Origin: Macrostomum hystrix
Lineage: Eukaryota > Animalia > Platyhelminthes
Assembly: GCA_950097015.1 (NCBI GenBank)
Contig: CATNEN010000001.1
Coordinates: forward strand, 26,350,001 to 26,414,000
Length of the DNA stretch: 64,000 nucleotides
Reading direction: 5' to 3'
Below, one piece after another: positions 35,372 to 45,300 of the stretch (positions within the stretch are counted from its first letter, which is position 1; each line of letters starts with the position of its first letter). The notes beneath the pieces were generated by a model. It was not told where the DNA came from and did no database searches. It worked only from the letters and a program-made list of their open reading frames with translations. The translations under genes were made by a program, and so were the position numbers.

Positions 35372-36084
35372 ATGGGCAATACACTTCCTGTTGAGATGTG
35401 CAGCAATTTCGATGTAGATGAGCTTCGCCGTTTAGGCAAACGATTCAAGAAGCTGGACCTCGACGGCTCGGGCAGCTTGTCTGTGGAGGAGTTCATGAAG
35501 CTGCCGGAGCTTCAACAAAACCCTCTTGTCCAGCGTGTTATTGACATCTTTGATGTGGACCAGAATGGGGAGGTGGACTTCAAGGAGTTCATCCAGGGCG
35601 TGTCACAGTTCTCAGTGAAAGGTGACAAGGAGGCCAAGCTGAGGTTCGCATTCAAAATCTACGATATCGACAAGGATGGCTACATCAGCAATGGGGAGCT
35701 GTTCACTGTGAGTTTATAGCCCCGCTAATCGATATTACTATTGATTTAGTATTAGATATCCTATCTCCATTTTGAAATATCCCATCTCCATTTTGAGATA
35801 TCCCATCTCCATTTTTGACATCCGATTTCCGTATTGAGATCTACTCAGAGATATCCCATTTTCTGTCTAGTTGATTATAAACCAAGTTTCTTTGTTTACC
35901 TGACTCTGCACAGGTGCTGAAGATGATGGTTGGCAGCAATCTGAAAGACGAGCAACTGCAGCAGATTGTGGACAAGACTATCATCTTTGCTGATAAAGAC
36001 GGCGATGGGAAGATTTCGTATGAGGAATTCTGCGATCTTGTCAGTGGCCTGGATGTGCATAAAAAGATGGTGGTGGATATCTAG
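35372..36084 (+). CDS. PPP3R1: Calcineurin B (protein phosphatase 2B regulatory subunit), 2 coding exons (35372-35707, 35914-36084), 168 aa
   Basis: MGN start (myristoylation Gly), [34 protein letters not shown], four EF-hands, C-terminus [17 protein letters not shown]...ACAG intron, phase 0. Confidence 0.97.
35755..35862. repeat. Short degenerate repeat (GATATCCCATCTCCATTTT) in the calcineurin B intron
   Basis: 3-5 imperfect copies. Confidence 0.65.
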
Positions 36085-36517
36085 CTGCTAGGCAATCGGC
36101 AGATCAGTAAAGTACTACTCATGTTGGCTACACATGGATGGCACAAATGCAATTGTGGCATAGCAGAAAGATTACTAACCAGTGCAGTTATTTATAACAT
36201 ACACTTGGTATCTACCGCACTATAAATAATCATGTAATTTATTATTATTATCCGAATTCTTCCAAAGGTCTGCATGCTTTTTTTCTGTCGGTTTTTGGAC
36301 AATGTACCTTTTCCCTTTACTCAGATGTTTATGAATCAGAATCTACCTAACTCAGTTGCCTGCTTGCGCCAAAGTCCAGAAAATATTTGATGCATGTTTA
36401 TTATTAGTTATTTATTCAGTATTCACATGCTTACATGTATGTTCAGTTGTTTTCATAATTTGCATTAGTACCTGTTTTACTTTGCATCATTGCAGTTGGT
36501 CTAAGTCTGTCCATCTA

Positions 36518-37948
36518 TCCAGATCCCTAGTTAGAATCGCAGCCAGATCCCTAGTTAGAATCGCATCCAGATCCCTAGTTAGAATCACAGCAAGATCCCT
36601 AGTTAGAATCGCATCCAGATCCCTAGTTAGAATCACAGCAAGATCCCTAGTTAGAATCGCAGCCAGATCCCTAGTTAGAATCTCAGCTGGATCCCTAGTT
36701 AGAATCGCAGCTGGATCCCTAGTTAGAATCGCAGCCAGATCCCTAGTTAGAATCTCAGCTGGATCCCTAGTTAGAATCGCAGCTGGATCCCTAGTTAGAA
36801 TCGCAGCCAGATCCCTAGTTAGAATCGCAGCAAGATCCCTAGTTAGAATCGCACCCAGATCCCTAGTTAGAATCGCATCCAGATCCCTAGTTAGAATCGC
36901 AGGCAGATCCCTAGTTAGAATCGCAGCCAGATCCCTAGTTAGAATCGCATCCAGATCCCTAGTTAGAATCACAGCAAGATCCCTAGTTAGAATCGCAGCC
37001 AGATCCCTAGTTAGAATCTCAGCTGGATCCCTAGTTAGAATCACAGCAAGATCCCTAGTTAGAATCGCAGCCAGATCCCTAGTTAGAATCTCAGCTGGAT
37101 CCCTAGTTAGAATCGCAGCTGGATCCCTAGTTAGAATCGCAGCCAGATCCCTAGTTAGAATCGCAGCAAGATCCCTAGTTAGAATCGCACCCAGATCCCT
37201 AGTTAGAATCGCATCCAGATCCCTAGTTAGAATCGCAGGCAGATCCCTAGTTAGAATCGCAGCCAGATCCCTAGTTAGAATCGCATCCAGATCCCTAGTT
37301 AGAATCACAGCAAGATCCCTAGTTAGAATCGCAGCCAGATCCCTAGTTAGAATCTCAGCTGGATCCCTAGTTAGAATCGCAGCTGGATCCCTAGTTAGAA
37401 TCGCAGCCAGATCCCTAGTTAGAATCGCAGCAAGATCCCTAGTTAGAATCGCACCCAGATCCCTAGTTAGAATCGCATCCAGATCCCTAGTTAGAATCGC
37501 AGGCAGATCCCTAGTTAGAATCGCAGCCAGATCCCTAGTTAGAATCGCAGCAAGATCCCTAGTTAGAATCACAGCAAGATCCCTAGTTAGAATCGCAGCA
37601 AAATCCCTAGTTAGAATCGCAGCAAGATCCCTAGTTAGAATCACAGCAAGATCCCTAGTTAGAATCGCAGCCAGATCCCTAGTTAGAATCGCAGCCAGAT
37701 CCCTAGTTAGAATCGCAGCAAGATCCCTAGTTAGAATCGCAGCCAGATCCCTAGTTAGAATCGCATCCAGATCCCTAGTTAGAATCGCAGCCAGATCCCT
37801 AGTTAGAATCGCAGCCAGATCCCTAGTTAGAATCGCATCCAGATCCCTAGTTAGAATCGCAGCCAGATCCCTAGTTAGAATCGCAGCAAGATCCCTAGTT
37901 AGAATCGCAGCCAGATCCCTAGTTAGAATCGCAGCCAGATCCCTAGTT
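36518..37948. repeat. 24-bp minisatellite (AGATCCCTAGTTAGAATCGCAGCC)
   Basis: About 59 copies. Explains ORFs 36356-38152 and 36487-38034. Confidence 0.97.
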
Positions 37949-38371
37949 ATAATCTTAGCATTTAGCAGTAGTAGATCCAGAGTTCTCATTGTATCAGAGA
38001 GTGCTAGGTTTACAGAATGCAATCTGATAGGCAAAGTTATTTTTCACCCTGTTCCGTTTATCATCCAAAACTCTCAAGTGAAATTCAAACTTTACTCTAT
38101 ATATAATGCGTCTCTTAAGCAGGTAAAAAGCCACCTGCTCTATTGTGAGTAGTAGATTTAGAAGCTAAAAAATTCACTCTATCCTTAGTGTGTGTGTTTA
38201 TTTTCAGATTTGAACTGCCAAACAAATATTATTGTCTAACTTTATCAACAGTACAGCAATGGTTAAAAGCCTTGTCCACCCAAGATACATTTACCGGCTA
38301 TAAACAGATTTTTAATATTTACTACATTCTTTTGAGTGTTCTGGCCTTTATGTTTCTTTAACATCAGGACG

Positions 38372-38878
38372 TACAGTCATTCACAGTGGTCATCAGGTCA
38401 TCAGGTTGTTCAGTCATTCACAATGCTCTGGTCATCAGGCTGTTCAGTCATTCACGATGGTCAGGTCATCAGGCTGTTCTGTCATTCACGATGGTCAGGT
38501 CATCAGGCTGTTCTGTCATTCACGATGGTCAGGTCATCAGGCTGTTCTGTCATTCACGATGGTCAGGTCATCAGGCTGTTCAGTCATTCACGATGGTCAG
38601 GTCATCAGGCTGTTCTGTCATTCACGATGGTCAGGTCATCAGGCTGTTCAGTCATTCACAGAGCTCAGGTCATCAGGCTGTTCTGTCATTCACAGAGCTC
38701 AGGTCATCAGGCTGTTCAGTCATTCACAATGCTCTGGTCATCAGGCTGTTCTGTCATTCACAATGCTCTGGTCATCAGGCTGTTCAGTCATTCACAATGC
38801 TCTGGTCATCAGGCTGTTCAGTCATTCACAATGCTCAGGTCATCAGGTTGTTCAGTCATTCACAATGCTCTGGTCATC
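38372..38878. repeat. 34-bp minisatellite (GGTCATCAGGCTGTTCAGTCATTCACGATGGTCA)
   Basis: About 15 copies ending about 15 nt before the TTGCAG acceptor that precedes the TECPR2 start. Confidence 0.95.
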
Positions 38879-38990
38879 GCTCATTGGATTGCAGGCGCAA
38901 ACGGCAGCTGGCCGGCCGCTCATCGGCAGGATCAGGCAGCAGCTCAAGTAGAGCGCCCGTCCTCGCATCCGCCGTCATCATCCGGGCACG

Positions 38991-39380
38991 ATGAGCGCCC
39001 GCTCAACCTACCAGGAGTCGCAGTCCCTGGAGCCTCTGCTCCGCTGCTTGCCCAAGCGGCCCGGCCTCTCCGGCCTGTTCCGGTCCTCAGTCCCGCCTGT
39101 GGAAGCCACCGCACTGGCCGCCAGCCAGCATTGCCTCCTCGTTGGCACCAGCGTCGGCTCCGTTCACCTGCTGGACCGGTCCAGTCGCTGCCTTCATCGT
39201 CAGCTGGCCGCGCCGCCGGCTGTGCTGCCCATGGTCGGCTCAGCCAAGATTGCTTGCACCGCCGTAGGTCTCGGGCACAGCCTGGAAACCCTGGCTGTCG
39301 CCGGATTTGAAGACTCTCGCGTGGTCATCTACTTGGAGCCGCCGCCTTCACCGCTGCCGCCGCCACCGATGTCGTTCCAG
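38991..39380 (+). CDS. TECPR2: TECPR2 exon 1
   Basis: ATG preceded by an in-frame stop at 38949; donor CAG|GTTAGT. Confidence 0.8.
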
Positions 39381-42300
39381 GTTAGTCGGGAATGTGATGG
39401 GATTTTCCCGAATGGGATATTTCCGAATGGGATATTCCCGAATGGGATGTTTCCGAATGGGATGTTCCCGAATGGGATTTTCCCGAATGGGATATTTCCG
39501 AATGGGATGTTCCCGAATGGGATATTTCCGAATGGGATATTCCCGAATGGGATATTTCCGAATGGGATGTTCCCCAATGGGATATTACCGAATAGACTGA
39601 TAACTCCACTTCACCACAAATAAAGTACCCGAAATTGCCAACACATCCAGCATCAGCAGCAGCAGCAGCCTCCGCCGTTGCCTTCTGCACTTCGTTCGCC
39701 CTCCTTCCGTCGTCAAGCCTTTCAACTGGCCTGCGGTCACCGGGGCAGCCGCATTTCTTCAATCGCCGTCAGCCTCAACTGCCAGAAGGTGTTTGTCGGC
39801 GACCGCGGTGGTACAGTGTCGCGTACTTTGATTTGCGCGCCAGATGGCACCTGCGAGTCCTCGGTCTTCCTGGAGGAGATGTCGCCTATTATGAAGCTGG
39901 AGTACTGCCAAAGAAGGCTGCTGGTGGCTTCCGAGGCACAGGTCGCCGTCTACACCGACGACACCTCCTGCGTGTGGCTCGTTGGCGGCAAACGGTGGGA
40001 GGTGCGCGTTCGGATAGGATCACTGTAGTGGTAGTAGCTATGGGATAAAAGTCATTATTCGAATAGGGGATAACAATAGGCTGATCAGGAGCCGGGGTCA
40101 TCCATATCCCGCTCTTCCATTGCAGTGCCCGAGGCCGCTAGGCGCCTGTTTCCTGCCTGACCCTCAACTACCCAGCCGAAGCTCTGTTCTGTGCGCCCAG
40201 CCCAACTGGCACCTGTGGCTCGCTGATCACCAGGGCCGCCTGCAGGCCAACCTGCGGGTTCCCGAGGTGGACTGTGCCGCCCTCCGCAGCCGGCCCATCC
40301 CGCTGCTGACGCCCAGTCGCCCTCTGTTGACACTGTCGGATTCTGCGGCCGGTCCAGCTGCTGATGCATTCGTTGGCGTGACCAGAATTCCCGGCACTCG
40401 CCATGCGGCTCTGTGGAATCGCTCCGCCATGTTCCTGCTGAATGTGGACAGCGGCGAGCTGATTGGCTCCACGGATCTGCTGGCTCCGCTGCTGGATGTT
40501 CTGGCCACTGACAGCGGCGAGCTCATGGCTCTCCGAGCTGGCACTGCTCTTCCTCAGGTCTGGCTGAGCTAATAGACTCCACACCTTTAATTGGATCTCT
40601 TGAAGCAACTTCCAGAATCACAAACCATCGGCATCGTCAAGATCTTCACCGATTCTCGTCAGGGTGTTTAGTGGCAAAAAATTTGCAAGTGGCAAGAACA
40701 TTTTTACAGAACAATGCTAGTTGTCCTTGTCAACAGGGTCTTCGACAAGAAACGCTGAATATCTCGTCGATGCTGATGTCGGATGGCTTTGAAAGTTAGT
40801 TCATCGTAATTGGCGCAAAGTTTTGATCCGTGTGGTGAATTTTCATAATAATGGGTCTTTCCGTTTGGGAGCTATCGTGATGTTGGCTTTCCCCAAGGGA
40901 GAAAACAGCGCCTTTCTGCTGCTAACCACGTTCCCAGGAGGTCAGGAGCTCGATTCTCAGCCTGAGGAAAACTGTTTGTGCTATGGGGTGAGTGGTCTAA
41001 CGCGTTCGCCTCTGGCAACAAAGTCCCTGAGTTCAAATCCGCGGCGAAGCCACATTGATTTATGAGCGAAGCCCTGCCTGTACATCTGCGCCCAACTGAA
41101 CCACTCACCCCCCTACCTTCAGGTGGTCCGCCTGACTACTGAGCAGTGGACTCCTGCGCCTTCCGCCACCGCCTCTGCGATTCACAACTCCATCGGCGCC
41201 CCAGCCTCCAGCGCGCCTCATCTGGAAGAGAGATTCAGCCTGCGCTCCCTGCTCGACCGGCTGCCGCTCGGCGAGGGCGCCGTCTCGCAGCTGCTTCAGT
41301 CCGTGTCCTCGGCCAATTCCGGCGGCGAAGCCGACTCCGCCGCTGTCGGCCTTGTCGAATTCGGCGAAGAGGCTCGCGAAGGCGCTGCTGCCTCGCCCGC
41401 CTCGACGGTCTCAGCGGCTGAAGCCGCCCCAGCTGCCGCAGCAGCGACTGCTTTCGACGATGTCAGTGTTGCCTCGTCGATGGATAAAGAAGACTGCAGC
41501 GAAGTGGAGGTTCGGCGCATTGTGCCCAAGAAGAAGAAGCTCCCCACCGCACCGCCGCCTCCTTCGCCTCCCCCTCCGCCTCCAACACCGCCTCCGCAGC
41601 AGTCGCTGCCTTCATCGTCGGTGTCCTTCGCTGAGCGTCGTGTTCGTCAACTATTCGAGCCGCTGGCTGACGGCCTGGAGAGTTTGCAGGCCCGCGTCAA
41701 CCAGCAGGTCGCTCAGCGGCAGCAGCAGCAGCAGCAGCAGCAATCAGCTCGTAGTCGTCTCCTAGCCGGCCTGCAAGCTGCTGACGTCGGCGACAACCTG
41801 GCTGACGATGCGGGCGACACCTGCTGGCGCATTGGCGACGCGGACGTGTCTCTCGAATTCATGTCGGCGAAGGCTTCTTCCAGCTCCCAGACAAATGCAA
41901 AACCAGTTCTTAAACTAAGCTTAGAACAAAATAATCTTAAAATGGAAGATTCCAAGCTTCAACCAGATGATTCCAAGCTTCAACCAGAAGAATCCAACCT
42001 TCAACCAGAAGAATCCAAGCTTCAACCAGATGATTCCAAGCTTCAACCAGATGATTCCAAGCTTCAACCAGATGATTCCAAGCTTCAACTAGAAGAATCC
42101 AAGCTTCAACCAGAAGAATCCAAGCTTCAACCAGATGATTCCAAGCCTCAACCAGAAGAATCCAAGCTTCGACCAGAAGAATCCAAGCTTCGACCAGAAG
42201 AATCCAATCTTCAACCAGAAGAATCCAAGCTTCAACCAGAAGAATCTAAGCTTCAACCAGATGATTCCAAGCCTCAACCAGAAGAATCCAAGCTTCAACC

Positions 42301-45300
42301 AGATGATTCCAAGCCTCAACCAGAAGAATCCAAGCTTCAACCAGATGATTACAAGCTTCAACCAGATGATTCCAAGCTTCAACCAGATGATTCCAAGCTT
42401 CAACCAGAAGATTCCAAGCTTCAGCTACAAGATGTCAGTGATCAACCGCAAGATCCGATGGTGCAGTCAATTAGCAAGCTGAACACGGATCAAACTAGCC
42501 CGTCTGAGTCCTCAGCATCCGCATCCCACCCCAGTGCAGTGACCGATTGCTCACCTGCCCAGGTGCCGCTAAGTCCTAGCGTGGCCCTGGCCAGACTCCA
42601 GTGGACGCCAGACGAGTCACCCGTTGAGCAGCCGCCGTCAAAATCTTCGAGCGCCACCGGACCGGCGAACATTGATCGACTGCGTGACCCGCTGACCAAC
42701 TGGTGGTGCCCGCATCGCTGCCCGGAGCCCCTCGCAAGCCTCTGCCCGGCGCCCGGCCCGGACACGGGGGCGGCTCTCTTCGCCACGAAATCCGGCGCCG
42801 CCTACTCAGCCAGGGTGCTCAGCAGTCAGGGTGACGCTCGACTTCGATGGCAGGTCGAGAGTTCGCTCTCCAGTGTCGGCAGTGGCGATCAGCTGGTGCA
42901 GCTGCAGATGGCCGACTCCGGCGGCGGTGCAGCCTGGCTGTTCCGGCTGACAGCCAACGGCCGGAAGCTGAGCGCCGGCAAGACGGTCGACGACCGATGC
43001 AGCGTGGCCCAATGGCTGCCAGTCAGGCAAGCCGTGAAGTGCATCGGCGCCTGTTCGGCCAGGTACGTGTGCGGCATCGACTCCAGCGGCTGCGGAGTGT
43101 TCCTGGTGCCGCTGGCCGATGTTGGCAAGCCACTGGCCGGCGTGACCGTCACGTGCCCGTTTCGACCGGTGAGCAATGCTGCTCGCTGCGTTATTGCTTT
43201 AGGGTGTGGAAAAGAATTTTAATAGCAGAGCGGTTAACGCGTTTGCCTCTCGCACCAAGGTCCCTGAGCTCGATTCCGCGGCGAGGCCACATTCATTTGG
43301 GGTGCAGCCGCGGAGCAAAGGCTTGAGGACTGGTCGTGCAATTTACGCCCTTAAGGGCCAACGTCCAATGCACAGTGAAAGGGTACACTGCTGACGATAA
43401 GAAAGTCAAGGCAGAAGTGCACACCTGTGTGAGCGTGTGCCTGCGTACAGTATCTGTGTGCGTGTGTGCTCAGGAGTCAGTGGAATGGGCAGAATTGCTT
43501 CCTCGCTGGCTGCGGGTCTAGTGTACACCAAATAATGTGGCACTGCCCGCAGCCCTCCTGCAATTACTATTATTATTATTATTAAGCTGTTGAAGTTCTT
43601 ATGATCCCTAAATCACCCTGCCAGGTGTCGGTTAGCATCGGCCAGGGTCACCTGGTGTGCGCTGGCAGCCAGATCAGCGAGCATCAGCAGCCGGCAGCCG
43701 CCTGCTACGAGCTGTGGGCCGCCCCCCTCTGCGCCCCTGATCGCTGGTGGCCCCTGGGCTGCTGCAGCGGCGGCCTCCTAGCCGCCCTCGTCACTGAAGC
43801 CAATCTGTGGACAATGTCTGGCGTTCGCGGCGGCCGCGGGGACGAACCGGCCGGCTTCTGTCTGAGGTGCTGGCGCGGCTGCAGCTGGCTGGAGCCTGAG
43901 GGCGTCCCGCCTTTGGAGCTGTGGATTGCCGAGCTGGACAAGCAGCTGCCGGTTAAACGGTTGGCATTTTTTAGTGGAACTGTTCGGTGTGGGAATCCTC
44001 AGATCTGTGGGATTTTTCTGGATGTGGTACTTAACAGCATTTGGGGATTTCTCTAGGTGAGGGATTTTATTGGATGCGGGATTTCTCTGGATTTGGGATT
44101 TCTCTGAATGTGGGATTTCACTGGATGTGGGATTTCTCTGGATGTGGGATTTCACTGGGTGTGGGATTTCTCTGGATGTGGGATTTCTCTGGATGTGGGA
44201 TTTCACTGGATGTGGGATTTCACTGGATGTGGGATTTCTCTGGATGTGGGATTTCACTGGGTGTGGGATTTCTCTGGATGTGGGATTTCACTGGATGTGG
44301 GATTTCTCTGGATGTGGGATTTCACTGGGTGTGGGATTTCACTGGATTTGGGATTTCTCTGGATGTGGGATTTCTCTGGATGCGGGATTTCTCTGGATTT
44401 GGGATTTCACTGGATTTGGGATTTCTCCGGATGTGGGATTTCTCTGGATGCGGGACTTAACAGCGTTAGGGGTCCCTGGATGTGCGATTTCTCTGGGTGT
44501 GGGATTTCACTGGATGTGGGATTTTTCTGGATGTGGGAATTCTCTGGGTGTGGGATTTCTCTGTGTTATGACAATCCTCAGACGTATAGTAATAAGTAGG
44601 GCGCGAAAATTCAAAAGGGATTCTTTGGTATACCTAATTTATGCTTTTTTGTGTGATCTAAGGGGACTGTTGACCGTTTCCCAACGCCGCCTTCAGCTCC
44701 GAGATGCCCTGGCGGGTTTTGACCAGCGCACTGGCCGGGGTAGCCGGCGGAGACAGTGTCGGGGCCTTCAGCAGCGGCTCGGCGCCAATCCTGACTGCCG
44801 TGCCGAACTCCGGCCTGTGGCTGTACTGGCCCGAGCGGGATCTGCTGCTCACCTGCCCCGGGCCATTGCTGGGCACCGCCTGGGCGCCGCTCACTCCACA
44901 CGGCCTGTCCCGGTCATTGCTGAGCAGCTGGGCGCACGTGGCTGTCACCTGCATCGCCGGCAGAGAGTACGTCTGGGCCGCCGGCCAGACCTCCTGCGAA
45001 GTGTTCTGCCTGTGGCCTGAGGGCTTCCGATCCGAGACCCTACCTGTGACAGCCAGCCTCGGGGTGAAGCTGGTGCAGCTGTGCTGCGGCCAGGGCACCG
45101 TCTGGGCCCTCTGCACTGATGGACAGCTTTACCTGTGCCAAGGTGAGACTGTTTTCAGATGCTCTCGTGCTTCCTGTCTAAGAATATGATTCCCCGATCC
45201 CCAATTCACAACTGCCATTCTCCCAGATCCCTTATTCACAACTGCCATTCTCCCAGATTCCTTAATTTCAACTGCCATTCTCTCAGATTCCCTATTCACA

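Noticed and set aside
2584-36084. Functional neuro-signalling cluster (channel, Gs, peptide, calcineurin B)
   Set aside because: Adjacency alone is weak evidence in an animal genome; it would need conserved synteny or co-expression.
36356-38152. 598-aa and 515-aa repetitive ORFs on opposite strands
   Set aside because: A 24-bp unit lacking stops in those frames; no non-repetitive domain or coding-like flanks.
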